Counted from the whole stretch's first letter, positions 1 to 12,558 are shown. The stretch: DNA of 62,897 bases, filler included, from Octopus bimaculoides (GCF_001194135.2; 6 parts of 6 records of this genome joined end to end with filler, not necessarily neighbours in it); one strand, 5' to 3'. Translations and numbers: made by a program. Notes: generated by a model not told the origin, from the sequence alone.

Positions 1-228
1 GGCACATAAAAGACACCATTTCGAGCGTGGCCGTTTTCGTGCGGGTGACACGTAAAAGCACCCACTACACTCTCTGAGTGGTTGGCGTTAGGAAGGGCAT
101 CCAGCTGTAGAAACTCTGCCAAATCAGACTGGAGCCTGGTGTTGCCATCCGGTTTCACCAGTCCTCAGTCAAATCGTCCAACCCATGCTAGCATGGAAAG
201 CGGACGTTAAACGATGATGATGATGATG
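1..228 (+). mobile_element. SINE family B, 3' part: RTE-like body (GGCGTTAGGAAGGGCATCCAGCTGTA) and (GAT)n tail
   Basis: Near-identical copies at 7046-7207 (-), 7640-7757 (-), 8852-9013 (+); diverged copies at 4785-4925 (+), 11860-12027 (+), 2520-2580 (-), 10522-10600 (-). Confidence 0.85.
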
Positions 229-424
229 ACAGGCTTCTTTCAGTTTACTTCTACTAAATCTACTCACAAGGCTTTGGTCAGCTTGAAGGCTATAGTCGAA
301 GGCACCTGCCCAAGGTGCCACGCAGTGGGACTGAACCCCAAATCATGTGGTTGGGAAGCAAGCATCTTACCACACAACCATTGTAAACTTAACAATGTTA
401 ACATCCCATTATATCTATTTCCAG

Positions 425-573
425 GTAAGATGGAATCAAAAGAGACCGTTGCCCAGGTCCCCAGCCGAAAGCTCACACTTGAAGATGATATGGAGTCCCA
501 ATCATCAGCTAAAGAAGAAGAAGATGATGACGAACAGTCAAAGGAAGTTGTCATTGTTGACCCAACTGCTTTG
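425..573 (+). CDS. PPP1R7: PPP1R7/sds22 exon (first visible). ATG at 430; acidic N-terminus MESKETVAQ...EEEDDDEQSKEVVIVDPTAL
   Basis: Acceptor tttccag ends at 424; donor gtaagt at 574; 48 codons from 430, phase 0 into DVDL exon. Because it starts at an acceptor, an upstream exon (UTR or phase-1 coding) lies outside the window. Confidence 0.85.
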
Positions 574-1488
574 GTAAGTTTATTCCTTGTTTCTTTGATT
601 GCCACTGCTGTTGTCTGTTGCTGATATTGTATTCTCAAGTTCAACTTCACTTTTTCTTCACAACTTTATGACATTTTAGATTCACAATGAAAATAGAACC
701 TTTAACTTTTTTGATTCTAACCTGTTAAAGATAGCCCCTAGCTCTGACAGAAACTCATGGTTTTAATCCTTTAGGGTAGGGGTCGGGGAACTTTTTTAAC
801 CAATTACCCCAAGTTTCATCAGATTTGATTGGAAATATGCCAATTGCTATTGTGTTTGGTCACAAGAGAACAGCTTCTCAATTACAATGGATACGTGTTC
901 ATAACACATTAGATTTATTAGTAGAAGGGATTCTGGGACAGCCAGTATTTTGACATTATTGTGTCTCATTAGCCAGTCACACCCCTGGACTATTGAATCT
1001 AGCAAGAGCCAAGGGTCTTGTTTGTAATTTCAGTGAACAGTTTGTTTGCTGATCTGTGCTGATATCTGCCAATTATAATTTTCCTTCAAAATTCCTTGTT
1101 ACTTTATATTCCAAACACCAGCTTCATAATGACTTTTTTTTTTCATTAAATCCTTCACTATTTTGCTAATTAATTGGAATAAAGGCAGTATATTTCAACT
1201 GAAATTTAGTAACCAAAGGGTTAAAATTTGTTGTTGTGTCACCATCATCATCATCATCATCATCCTCAGTAATTATTAAAGTTTATTGAAGTGATTATGT
1301 GTAATAATTAATTTTGATGAAATTAACTTTATAATTACAGAACAGCTGTTTATTCAGGTAATTAAAAAGTAATAAAATTACTTTTATAATTACAATTCAA
1401 CATTGTTTATTAACATACAATTAAATGTAAAATAATTTGCTTTCTAATTACTAATTAGATGTTATTTTTCTTTCATTGTTTACCTCAG

Positions 1489-1554
1489 GATGTTGACTTA
1501 AGTCATTGCAAGATTGGTAAGATCGAACAGATGGAGAGACTCACCAATGTTACG
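1489..1554 (+). CDS. PPP1R7: PPP1R7 exon, DVDLSHCKIGKIEQMERLTNVT (66 nt)
   Basis: cctcag|GAT ... ACG|gtaaat; aligns to human sds22 DVDLNHYRIGKIEGFEVLKKVK. Confidence 0.95.
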
Positions 1555-1681
1555 GTAAATATAATCAGCTGTTGTTTCTTTTGGAATTCTCAGGTCTGTA
1601 GAGTCGGAGTCAGAAGCAATTATTGAGTTACTAAGTTGGAGTCAGTAAATTGTAATGTATCCATCCATTTATGTTCTCCAC

Positions 1682-1903
1682 CTGCTTTTCATGGGAGAAC
1701 TGTTGGGGCAGAGTCCTCAGAGAATCTCCTCCATAGAATCCTATTAGAGGTGGCCATCATTACACTTTCTGGCTGGATTCCCAAGTATGGTCAATGAGAC
1801 TATTCACATTATTTAACCATCTCGTTCATGGTCTACCCTTAGATCACCTGCTGGTTGGCTCAACTCGAAGGGGCTGTTTCACAATTCTTTCATGTGGCAT
1901 TCT
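1682..1903 (-). mobile_element. RTE-clade LINE 3' fragment (degenerate)
   Basis: Translates RMPHERIVKQ...KGRP*TRWLNNV...NRILWRRF, the typical RTE ORF C-terminus. Confidence 0.65.
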
Positions 1904-1943
1904 TTTATATATATATATTTCCTGCAGGAATCCTAAACATGAG

Positions 1944-2340
1944 ACTCTTTTACTTGTTTCAGTCTTTTGACTGTGGCCATGCTGGAGCACCGCCTTTAGT
2001 CGAGCAAATCGACCCCAGGACTTATTCTTTGGAAGCCTAGTACTTATTCTATCGGTCTCTTTTGCCGAACCGCTAAGTTACGGGGACATAAACACACCAG
2101 CATCGGTTGTCAAGCGATGTTGGGGGGACAAACACAGACATACAAACACATACACACATAGATATATATATATATACGACAGGCTTCTTTCAGTTTCCGT
2201 CTACCAAATCCACTCACAAGGCTTTGGTCGGCCCGAGGCTATAGTAGAAGACACTTGCCCAAGATGCCATGAAGTGGGACTGAACCCGGGACTATGTGGT
2301 TGGTAAGCAAGCTACTTACCACACAGCCACTCCTACGCCT
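1944..2340 (-). mobile_element. SINE family A, full length (~400 bp): tRNA-like head, GGCACCTTGGGCAAGTG core, internal (TA)(TG) microsatellite, (AAAAGAGT) tail
   Basis: Pol III A/B-box-like head; many related copies: 229-380, 3670-3895, 6410-6630, 11030-11650, 13370-13510, 20440-20605, 21390-21495, 30075-30297, 33870-34170, 35395-35548, 38490-38626, 44405-44650, 48370-48580, 49355-49760. Confidence 0.9.
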
Positions 2341-2342
2341 AT

Positions 2343-2475
2343 GGATATTATCCAACCATCTCATTCCTGATCTACTCTTTGGACTCCTGCTGTTTGGCTC
2401 ATCCATCTTGTGATTCTTTCCTGCCACATTCTAATCCCATGTCCATAGTACCACAAATGTGACTTCTCATTGCAG
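2343..2475 (-). mobile_element. RTE LINE C-terminal fragment
   Basis: LWYYGHGIRM..ERI and, after a frameshift, RSPKSRSGMRWLDNI. Confidence 0.65.
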
Positions 2476-3130
2476 AGAAGTAGTAGTTTGACCTGGAAAG
2501 ACTCCCAGGTCTCCAAGCTACACATCATCATCATCATCATCATCATCATCGTTGTTGTTGTTTAACATCCGCTTTCCATACCAGTCATGGGGCACTGGCA
2601 TTGTATCACCAATCCACAATTTATATGCATATGGTGTAAAAACTATGTATTGGTATGCACCCACGATGCATGCGTTAGAATAAATTCAAATATGAAATGG
2701 AAGTTGTGCTAGTGTAATAAACATTATTGACCACACATACTTGATATATATGCTAGTAGGTTACGATTTGGTGTGGTGGGGTTGACTGCATCGGAGTGCC
2801 AGGTTTTAAAACACCTGAAAGTCATTGACATGGGAGGCAACTCACCCCAAATCCTATTCAGGAACGATGGACATTGATGTTTAACCATTTTTGTGGCTTA
2901 TCAACATCACGTGCCTGAACCAAATAGGGGGTCGGTTCATTTTAATCTTCATTCTGAAAGGATTCCACTGAATGGTCGTATGTTGATTCTCTTTAGAATG
3001 TCTCCATCAGTTATGTGATCTTGCCAGTATATTCTTGGAATCTTTCTTAAGCGTCTTCGGTGGAACACATCTTGCTGCCTGTTTATTTCACCTCACTTGA
3101 TCTTTAATTATTTTTCTCTGTCTTTTTTAG

Positions 3131-3261
3131 AGTTTGTGTCTACGACAGAATTTGATCAAGTGTATTGAAGGTTTATCGACTTTGGTCCATTTAAATCTGT
3201 TGGATCTGTATGACAACCAAATAACAAAAATAGAAAATTTAACAGAGCTGACTAATTTAAC
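3131..3261 (+). CDS. PPP1R7: PPP1R7 exon, SLCLRQNLIKCIEGL...LDLYDNQITKIENLTELTNL(T) (131 nt)
   Basis: ttttag|AGT ... AC|gtaagt; SDS22-class LRRs matching human TLCLRQNLIKCIE..LDLYDNQI. Confidence 0.97.
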
Positions 3262-3386
3262 GTAAGTTATTCTTATTTTCTAAGTGATGTCGTTGGTGTT
3301 GTATGGTTGGAGGTGATAGAGTCCCAGCAATGATTGAAGAATCTGTATGGTGCCTGTGTGTGCCAGTAATATCAGATATATACATA

Positions 3387-3669
3387 CGAGGTGGTATCGA
3401 AAAGTTCCTGGACTAGTTTTGTAGCATGCCAACAGATGGCAGCAGGCGGTTGCGTGCACAATGAGAGCTAGCAGTGACTTTCATGAGGCAATGTGCTTAG
3501 GTGACATCTCTGTGTTTATTTTGCAAGTTGTGAAGTTGGTGTTTTCGTGATCACATGCATGCTGCTGCAGTCTGCGATTTTTGTCATGGACAGAAAGATG
3601 GAACAAAGAGACAACATGAAATTTTGCGTTAAACTTGGGAAGTCTGCTGCAGAGATATCAAGCATGCTG
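3387..3669 (+). mobile_element. mariner 5' fragment
   Basis: TA|CGAGGTGGTATCGAAAAGTT TIR; ATG 3586 MDRKMEQRDNMKFCVKLGKSAAEISSML (HTH start), truncated by a family A SINE. Confidence 0.85.
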
Positions 3670-4165
3670 GCCAGACCCTTGTGAGTGGATTTGTAGACAG
3701 AAGCCTGTCCGAGATATAAGACAGTCTGCATGTGTGTTTGTGTTGATGTTTGTTCCCCACCGCTGTTGGACAACTAGTGTTGATGCGTTAAGGTCCCTGT
3801 AACTTAGTGTTCCAGGAAAAGAGATCAATAGAATAAGTACTAGGCTTAAAATTAAAAAGAAAATAAATATTGGAGTCAATTCATTCAACTAAAATTCTTC
3901 AAGGTAGTGCCCCATCATGGCCGTAGTCTAATGACGGAAACAAGTAAAAGATAAAATGATCAAATACACATAATATCCTTTTTACATCACTTTCTATGCT
4001 TACACAGGTTAGGCAGATCTTATCCATTGAAGCTTCTTGCCTTGTACTATCTTATTAATCTTCATTAAACTGTAATAATAATGAAAAGATTTTTTTAAAA
4101 ACCCAAAGAGACATTAACTTGGCTAATTTGATTGATGCTGTATTTGTTTCTTCCTCTTTTTCCAG

Positions 4166-4328
4166 TCAACTAGATTTCTCTTTTAACCGGATCAAGAAAA
4201 TAGAAAATATGTCTCATTTGACTAATTTGACCAAGTTATATTTAGTGAATAACAAAATAACCAACATCGAGAACCTTGAAACACTCATTAACCTGGATAT
4301 GCTGGAATTAGGTTCCAATAAGATTCGG
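4166..4328 (+). CDS. PPP1R7: PPP1R7 exon, QLDFSFNRIKKIEN...LYLVNNKI...MLELGSNKIR (163 nt)
   Basis: ttccag|T ... CGG|gtatgt; phase 2 completes the previous exon; LRR homology. Confidence 0.97.
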
Positions 4329-4681
4329 GTATGTCAGTACAGTTGCATTTGTCTCTTTACATCTCTCTCTCTCTCTCTCTCTCTCTCTCCCCCCCCACAC
4401 ACATATCACCATTACTTAGACTCAGAATTTTTAGATCCTTACTCAGGACATGTTAGCTGTAATGTATCAGTAAAAATATTAGATCTTGCTGCTGTGTCTA
4501 GCAAGCCTGGTTTTAACAACGTATTTGTTGTCTCCCTTTACACATATGCTTTAGCTTATAGCAGATCACCCGATGACATTGTATAAACTGGCACTCCGTT
4601 GGTTACAACAACGGGGATTCCTGTTGATCCGATCGACAGAACAGCCTGCTCATGAAATTAATGTGCAAGTGGCTGAGTACT

Positions 4682-4768
4682 ATGTCTTTCTGGGTCTACT
4701 CCTTCCACAGGTTCCCTCCACAGTTACAGATCGGTACTTCTTTATGTAACTGTCCTCGTCCATACGAA
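4682..4768 (-). mobile_element. RTE LINE C-terminal fragment
   Basis: RMDEDSYIKKYRSVTVEGTCGRSRPRKT. Confidence 0.65.
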
Positions 4769-5170
4769 AAAGAAAAAAAATGCTCTCAGTACACTCTATG
4801 AAGTAGTTAGCATTAGGAAGGGCTGCCAAAACAGATATTGGAGTTTGGTGCAGTCTTCGGGGACACCAGCCCCTGTCAAACCGTCCAACCCATGCCAGCA
4901 TGGAAAACAGATGCTAAATGACAAAAACGATAATGATATGTAGAAACGCTAACTTTTTCCTTGAAGTCTCACATAAGGGCTTTAATGGTTCCTCAGGTTT
5001 GCCACCTTTGACCTGGAACAAAATGGGTTTTCTCTTTAAAAAAAAAAAAGAAAACCCTGTTGTTTTAACCTTTTAACATTTAAGCCTTCTATATCCAACC
5101 CAAATTCAACACAATACAAATAAATAAGCATAATATTTGATAGAGTAACCTGAATGCTAAAGAATATTAA

Positions 5171-5912
5171 GTTTAAGAAATTCAAAGACGATTTCAATAC
5201 AGCACTGAAAGAGATAGAGAAATATGATTGTTCATGTGCAACACCATTGGAAGAACTTGTTCAAATTTACCCTGAAATCATCAGAGAAGCAGCTAGAATG
5301 GTGACAGCTATTCCTCCTACTCAAGTTAATGTTAAAAGGCTTTTCTCTGCTCTAAAACTTATCGAGTCAGATCTCAGAGCTTCAATGAAGGAAGGAGTTG
5401 TTGATGCTATTTTATTTCTTAGGACTTACAATTAAATTTATGATTTCTCTGAATTGTACAGTTTTATGGCAAAGGATTTAATGATTTTTTTAATGCTTAA
5501 TATAAACTTACTTTTATTTCTATTTTATTTATGCTTATGCTAAAGGAATTATAAAAGATTTATAATAGCTTTTGTTAAAAACAAGCATTGGCTTTTTCTT
5601 TTGAATAAAATAACATAAAAAATTCAGTCTTAAAAAACTATCCTGATTATTCCCTTGGTAGTGATGAAATGCCATTTTGGTTCATGACTGAATGGAATAG
5701 TGATTGACCATTTCCTAACCACCCCCAGGCAGACAGGGCAGTAATTATATTTTGCTCTATTTTCTATGTGATTTAACACTCACAGGGGCTCCCGAGTTTA
5801 AGAATAAGTATATTCTCTACTATAATTAATTGATAGGAGTTGAAGTCAATATTAACCTTCTAATTTTCAGGAGTCGGAGTCAAAGGTTTCCGTTACTGAC
5901 TCCACAGTACTG
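5171..5912 (+). mobile_element. hAT transposon 3' fragment with hATC dimerization domain and right TIR
   Basis: TAIPPTQVNVKRLFSALKLIESDLRASMKEGVVDAILFLR*; GGAGTC subterminal repeats and GACTCCACAGTACTG end. An isolated left end of the same family lies at 1591-1645. Confidence 0.82.
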
Positions 5913-6062
5913 GTTACAAGATAATGCATGATTCATTCAAAACAAAGTAAGCATTATATTTCACAGAGTAATCTGAATGCAAAAAGATTAAATCTGATAA
6001 AAAGCTGAAAGTTTCCATATTTTACTTATTTATTCATTCATTTTTTTCCCCTTCTCCTACAG

Positions 6063-6179
6063 GTCATTGAGAATTTAAACACCCATATCAATCTGACTGG
6101 CTTATACCTGGGCAAGAATAAAATTACTCAGATTTCTGGTTTAGATAACCTTGTCAACGTGACATGTCTCAGTCTACAG
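6063..6179 (+). CDS. PPP1R7: PPP1R7 exon, VIENLNTHINLTGLYLGKNKITQISGLDNLVNVTCLSLQ (117 nt)
   Basis: ctacag|GTC ... CAG|gtatgt; matches human LFLGKNKITK..L..LSMQ. Confidence 0.97.
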
Positions 6180-6763
6180 GTATGTGGCTTGATTTCTTCT
6201 TAACTAACAACTCACGCAGTCTACACTTCAGATTACAAGTGTGTTACTTTCATTTCTGTGTGCTTGTTTTTTTCCTTTCTCTTTACTAGCTTTCTATCTC
6301 TTACATGTCCCCAGGCTAGGATTAACCTCTGTACAGTATAAACATGTAATTAGGGTGCCTCAGTTTTTGTTGTTATTTTTTTGCTTTTTTATACTAGTAC
6401 TAAATTTTCCATGTGTGTGTGTGTCCTTGTTTGTCCTCCCATCACCGCTTGACAACCAGTGTTGGTGTGTTTAAGACCCCATAACTTAACAGTTCAGCAA
6501 AAGCGACCAATAGAATAAGTACTAGGTGTAAATAAAATAAGTCCTTGGGTCCATTCGTTCAACTAAAAAACCCTTCAAGTCAGTGCTCCATCATGGCCAC
6601 AGTCAAATTACTGAAATAAGAAGATAAAAGATAGTATTTGGGCCAGGTATGACTAGTTTAAATGCTGAAGAGTTAAAGTTTGTTTTGATCTCTTCCATCC
6701 TAGACTCTGTCTTCTACTAATCCCTGCTGCTGTGTTATAATCCTCATTTTTCTCCCTTTACAG

Positions 6764-6868
6764 GACAACCGCTTGACTAAAATCGAAGGTCTGGATGCCT
6801 TGGTGAACTTAGATGAACTCTACCTGAGTGACAACGGCATTGAAAAGATTGAAGGGTTGTCAAATAAT
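6764..6868 (+). CDS. PPP1R7: PPP1R7 exon, DNRLTKIEGLDALVNLDELYLSDNGIEKIEGLSNN (105 nt)
   Basis: ttacag|GAC ... AAT|gtaagt; matches human SNRLTKIEGL..LVNL.ELYLS.NGIE.IEGL.NN. Confidence 0.97.
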
Positions 6869-7045
6869 GTAAGTATCTTCTTTGACTTTTTTTTTTTTTA
6901 TTTGTGGTCACTTTGCTCTTCTGATCTCTCAGTTTGTGGTTTTCCTAATGTCATTATCTGTCGATTAGATCAACTGGAACCCACGTTGTTGTCATAACGG
7001 ATGGAGACCATTTGTGGATTATGGTATGGTTTTCCATCACACAGT

Positions 7046-7207
7046 TCATCATCATCATCATCATCATCGTTTAACGTCCGCTTTCCATGCTAGCATGGGT
7101 TGGACGATTTGACTGAGGACTGGTGAAACCGGATGGCAACACCAGGCTCCAATCTAAATTTGGCAGAGTTTCTACAGCTGGATGCCCTTCCTAACGCCAA
7201 CCACTCA
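7046..7207 (-). mobile_element. SINE family B copy
   Basis: Reverse complement of 76-228 with about 3 differences. Confidence 0.85.
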
Positions 7208-7755
7208 TGAGGTCGAATATATTGTAAGCCTTTTGTTGTCTACTTGGGCATAGAGGAGGAAGGGTTTCATCAAAGACCATTCTCAAGCATTGCTTGAAGA
7301 GTGGGGAGTCGTTCTCAGATCAGAAACCCAACTTGAGCACTTATAATAACATGTACTTCAGTAATGGGGTGCCAAAGGGCATGTCATCATCATCAGTTAA
7401 TGTTCACTTTTCCATGCTTGCATGAGTCAGGTGGGTTTTGTTTGAGGCACATTTTCTACAACTGGATACTCTTCCTGTTGCCAAGCAAGATAATATTTTC
7501 CCCATGGCCAGATACGTTTTTCCACGGAAGATTGAAAATGGATGACACTGTTTCCAATGAAAGTGACATGCATTTACAACTATCACATGATGTCAAAGAC
7601 AAGACAAGACACAAACACCCACACACATGTTTGTATACATCATCATCATCATCGTTTAACGTCCGCTTTCCATGCTAGCATGGGTTGGACGATTTGACTG
7701 AGGACTGGTGAAACCGGATGGCAACACCAGGCTCCAATCTAATTTGGCAGAGTTT

Positions 7756-7791
<36 letters not shown>

Positions 7792-8727
7792 ACACATGCA
7801 CACACACACATATGCATTAAGTAGAGAAGCGATGACGAGTGACGATTCAGTAAATAATAATAACTGTAAGCTTAAAGCTTNNNNNNNNNNNNNNNNNNNN
7901 NNNNNNNNNNNNNNNNNNNNNNNNNNNNNNNNNNNNNNNNNNNNNNNNNNNNNNNNNNNNNNNNNNNNNNNNNNNNNNNNNNNNNNNNNNNNNNNNNNNN
8001 NNNNNNNNNNNNNNNNNNNNNNNNNNNNNNNNNNNNNNNNNNNNNNNNNNNNNNNNNNNNNNNNNNNNNNNNNNNNNNNNNNNNNNNNNNNNNNNNNNNN
8101 NNNNNNNNNNNNNNNNNNNNNNNNNNNNNNNNNNNNNNNNNNNNNNNNNNNNNNNNNNNNNNNNNNNNNNNNNNNNNNNNNNNNNNNNNNNNNNNNNNNN
8201 NNNNNNNNNNNNNNNNNNNNNNNNNNNNNNNNNNNNNNNNNNNNNNNNNNNNNNNNNNNNNNNNNNNNNNNNNNNNNNNNNNNNNNNNNNNNNNNNNNNN
8301 NNNNNNNNNNNNNNNNNNNNNNNNNNNNNNNNNNNNNNNNNNNNNNNNNNNNNNNNNNNNNNNNNNNNNNNNNNNNNNNNNNNNNNNNNNNNNNNNNNNN
8401 NNNNNNNNNNNNNNNNNNNNNNNNNNNNNNNNNNNNNNNNNNNNNNNNNNNNNNNNNNNNNNNNNNNNNNNNNNNNNNNNNNNNNNNNNNNNNNNNNNNN
8501 NNNNNNNNNNNNNNNNNNNNNNNNNNNNNNNNNNNNNNNNNNNNNNNNNNNNNNNNNNNNNNNNNNNNNNNNNNNNNNNNNNNNNNNNNNNNNNNNNNNN
8601 NNNNNNNNNNNNNNNNNNNNNNNNNNNNNNNNNNNNNNNNNNNNNNNNNNNNNNNNNNNNNNNNNNNNNNNNNNNNNNNNNNNNNNNNNNNNNNNNNNNN
8701 NNNNNNNNNNNNNNNNNNNNNNNNNNN

Positions 8728-8850
<123 letters not shown>

Positions 8851-8851
8851 T

Positions 8852-9013
8852 ACACTCTCTGAGTGGTTGGCGTGAGGAAGGGCATCCAGCTGTAGAAACC
8901 TGCCAAATTTAGATTGGAGCCTGGTGTTGCCATCCAGTTTCACCAGTCATCAGTCAAATCGTCCAACCCATGCTAGCATGGAAAGCGGACGTTAAACGAT
9001 GATGATGATGATG
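8852..9013 (+). mobile_element. SINE family B copy
   Basis: Same body and (GAT)n tail as 60-228. Confidence 0.85.
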
Positions 9014-9363
9014 ATATACGTCGTAGTAAACAATGACAAAATAAACATTTTGTTCGTTTGTAGTCATGGTTTAATATTTTAAAATAAATTATGTGTAATG
9101 CGTTGTATGTGTTGGGTGTGTATAGGATCTGTGTGTATTTATCCAATCATTGCAAAGGACACACCTATGAAAACAAGGCATTGTCATTCAGTGAGACTCA
9201 ATAGTCAACAGCTGACACACCCTCGTTGTCCTTGTGGCATTGATACAAAAGGAATTGCATCATGAAATCAATGACTTGCATGCGGATCTGTGAAACCAAT
9301 TACGATGTGTATTTGTATACATATACAAGGGTGTGAGTGTATATGTATATATATGTGTGTGTA

Positions 9364-9752
9364 GGTGGAGGCGAAATGGCCAGTGGTTAGGGCAGCGGGC
9401 TCATGGTCATAGGATCGCAGTTTCGATTCCCAGACCGGGTGTTGTGAGTGTTTATTGAGCGAAAAACACCTAAAGCTCCACGAGGCTCCGGCAGGGGATG
9501 GTGGCGAACCCTGTTGTACCCTTTCACCACAACTTTCTCTCACTCTTACTTCCTGTTTCTGTTGTACCTGTAATTCAAAGGGTCAGCCTTGTCACACTCT
9601 GTATCACACTGAATCTCCCTGAGAACTACATTAAGGGTACACATGTCTGTGGAGTGCTCAGCCACTTGCATGTTAATTTCACGAGCAGGCTGTTCCGTTG
9701 ATCAGATCAACTGGAACCCTCGACGTTGTAACCAACGGAATGCCAACCACCA
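9364..9752 (+). mobile_element. SINE family C (tRNA-derived head TGGCCAGTGG...TTTCGATTCC; tail ...GGAACCCTCGACGTTGTAACCAACGGAATGCC)
   Basis: A/B boxes at the 5' end; related pieces at 4580-4682 (-), 21055-21375 (-), 61665-61868 (+). Confidence 0.82.
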
Positions 9753-10325
9753 ATGTGTGTGTTATATTCTTTTACTTGTTTGTCGTTTGACTGCGGCCGT
9801 GCTGGAGCACCGCCTTTAGTCGAACAAATCAACCCCAGGACTTATTCTTTGTAAGCTTAGTACTTATTCTNNNNNNNNNNATTCCCAGACCGGGTGTTGT
9901 GAGTGTTTATTGAGCGAAAAACACCTAAAGCTCCACGAGGCTCCGGCAGGGGATGGTGGCGAACCCTGTTGTACCCTTTCACCACAACTTTCTCTCACTC
10001 TTACTTCCTGTTTCTGTTGTACCTGTAATTCAAAGGGTCAGCCTTGTCACACTCTGTATCACACTGAATCTCCCTGAGAACTACATTAAGGGTACACATG
10101 TCTGTGGAGTGCTCAGCCACTTGCATGTTAATTTCACGAGCAGGCTGTTCCGTTGATCAGATCAACTGGAACCCTCGACGTTGTAACCAACGGAATGCCA
10201 ACCACCAATGTGTGTGTTATATTCTTTTACTTGTTTGTCGTTTGACTGCGGCCGTGCTGGAGCACCGCCTTTAGTCGAACAAATCAACCCCAGGACTTAT
10301 TCTTTGTAAGCTTAGTACTTATTCT
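9426..10325 (+). other. Exact 445-bp duplication across a 10-N gap (probable assembly overlap artefact)
   Basis: 9426-9870 is identical to 9881-10325 and the copies are separated only by NNNNNNNNNN. Confidence 0.8.
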
Positions 10326-12471
10326 ATCGGTCTCTTTTGCTGAACCACTAGGTTACAAGGACATAAGCATACCAAGATTGGTTGTCAAATGATGTCGGGA
10401 GCACAAACATATTTCGATTAGAGGTTTGTTAACCTCATGAAGAGATGCTTTCATCAAAGGAAATACTGGTTCAGTACCTAATATTTTGGGGGAATTAATT
10501 TCTTTAAAATAATGGGTGTATTTTACGTGTCACCTGCACAGGAGCTAGTCCAACGGTACTGGCAAAGATCTCGCTCGAATGTCTTTTCACGTGCCAGGAA
10601 GGCGACGTTTTATGGATTTATTATAGCGGACTGATAGATAGATAGATAGATATGTGTGTATATATATATTAATATATATCTATGTATATAAATATGTGGG
10701 TGTGCACACACAACATGTATATAATATAATCATTCAAGGTGTGTCTTATACAGAAAGTATTTGTGGAATAGAAAAATTAAACACCAACTCCCTTTATCTA
10801 CGGTTCAGCGATTGATTAGGTTTTGAACAAATATGTAATTTGAAGTAATCGGAAATCTGTTCAAAATCATGCGTGTGTCCATACATGTTACTTGTGTACT
10901 GAGTGCCCTATTTTTGTCTATGTAATAGACTTGTACTTATATATAATAGTGGGTGTGTACACACACACATGAATAGAGAGAGAGAGAGAGAGAGAGAATA
11001 TATATTTGCACTTATACACCTTTGCGGATGTGTGTATCTTTTTATCTTTCACTTGTTTGTCAACAGATTGTGGCCATGCTGAGGCACTGCCATGAGGAAT
11101 TTTAGGTGAACCAATGGGCTCCAGTACTTTCTGGGTTTAAAAAATTTTTTTTTTTTTATCTATCACTTTTGCTGAACTGCCATGCTATGGGGACGTAACC
11201 ACACCAACACTGACTGTCAAGCAGTGGTGGCAGACAAACACAAAGACACACACCCACAAATGTTAATACGCNNNNNNNNNNNNNNNNNNNNNNNNNNNNN
11301 NNNNNNNNNNNNNNNNNNNNNNCACACACGTGTACATGTGTGCACATATGCAATGGCTTTCTTTCAGTTTCCATCTACAAGATCCACTCAAAAGGCTTTG
11401 GTCACCCTATCCTTTAGCAGAATATAACTTTGTAAAGTGCCATGCCGTAGGACTGAACCTGGAACCATAAGGTTGGGGAGCAAACTTCTTACCACACAGC
11501 CATGCTTCTTTCAGTTTCCGTCTACCAAATCCACTTTCAAGGCTTTGGTTGGCCCAAGGCTATAGTAGAAGACGCTTGCCCAAGGTGCCACACAGTGGGA
11601 CTAAACCTGGAACGATGTAGTTGGGAAGCAAGCTTCTTACCACTCGGCCACTCCTTGTATATATATATATATATAAACTCACACACACAAACACATATTT
11701 CCTGACAGGGAGCTGAAACTTCTGGCAGTTAACTATGCTTGAAAAGACACATCAAAGCTAAGTAAAAGCATCTTTGTTCTTGCATACAGGCTCGTCCCCT
11801 GCAAGCCTCTCCAGCTGACCATCCCTAATCTTGTGGGTTTATAGGTATTGGTGCTGTGTAAAAGCACCCAGTACACTCTGTAAAGCAGTTGGCATTAGGA
11901 AGAGCATCCATCTGTAGAAATCGTGCCAAAACAGACATGGACCCTGGGCAGCTCTTCATCTGGTCGGCTCCTGTCAAACCATCCAACCCAGCACGGAAAA
12001 TGGATCTTAAATGATGATGATGATGATGGTACCTTATTTTCAGGCATAGAGGTGGAATTTGTCACACCAAAATTTGGCTTATAAACCAAGACAACTTTAG
12101 AAGACCAAAAATTCCACGTGAAATATCAACAGGGTTTGGAATGATAGTGATGCTGTTTGAATGTTTACGCTATGTACCGTGTCAGCTTATGTACCAGAAA
12201 ATACAGAACATTTATGCATGCATACATATAGACACACACACGCACACACGTGTGTGTGTGTGTGTGTATAATGTTTTAGCTTTCTGTTTAGACTCAGTTC
12301 AAAGATCAGAATACTGATACAAGAAAAAGTATGGGTACGTTTTAATTCATGTATTTCTAATGTACATATACTTACATATATATGTATGTGTGTATATATA
12401 TATATATATATATGTATGTGTATATATATATATATGTGTGTGTATTCAGTTTTGTTTTTGTTTCTTTTCAG

Positions 12472-12558
12472 ATCCAGTTAACAGTCCTTGATCTTGCCTG
12501 TAACAAAATACAGAGAATAGAAAATGTCAGCCATTTAGTCAATCTTGGTGATTTTTGG
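12472..12558 (+). CDS. PPP1R7: PPP1R7 exon, IQLTVLDLACNKIQRIENVSHLVNLGDFW (87 nt)
   Basis: tttcag|ATC ... TGG|gtgagt; matches human LTMLDIASNRIKKIENISHL...QEFW. Confidence 0.96.

Noticed and set aside
5154-5435. 93-aa ORF as a standalone gene
   Set aside because: hATC-domain remnant; its ATG is supplied by an adjacent MITE TIR.
1591-5912. hAT left end (1591) and right end (5912) as one element enclosing two PPP1R7 exons
   Set aside because: Flanks GGAATTCT and GTTACAAG are not a TSD, and the enclosed exons are conserved host exons; treated as two separate fragments.
9426-10325. Apparent 445-bp tandem duplication (two identical 67-aa ORFs)
   Set aside because: 100% identical and separated only by a 10-N gap: typical unmerged contig overlap; the ORFs are SINE sequence.
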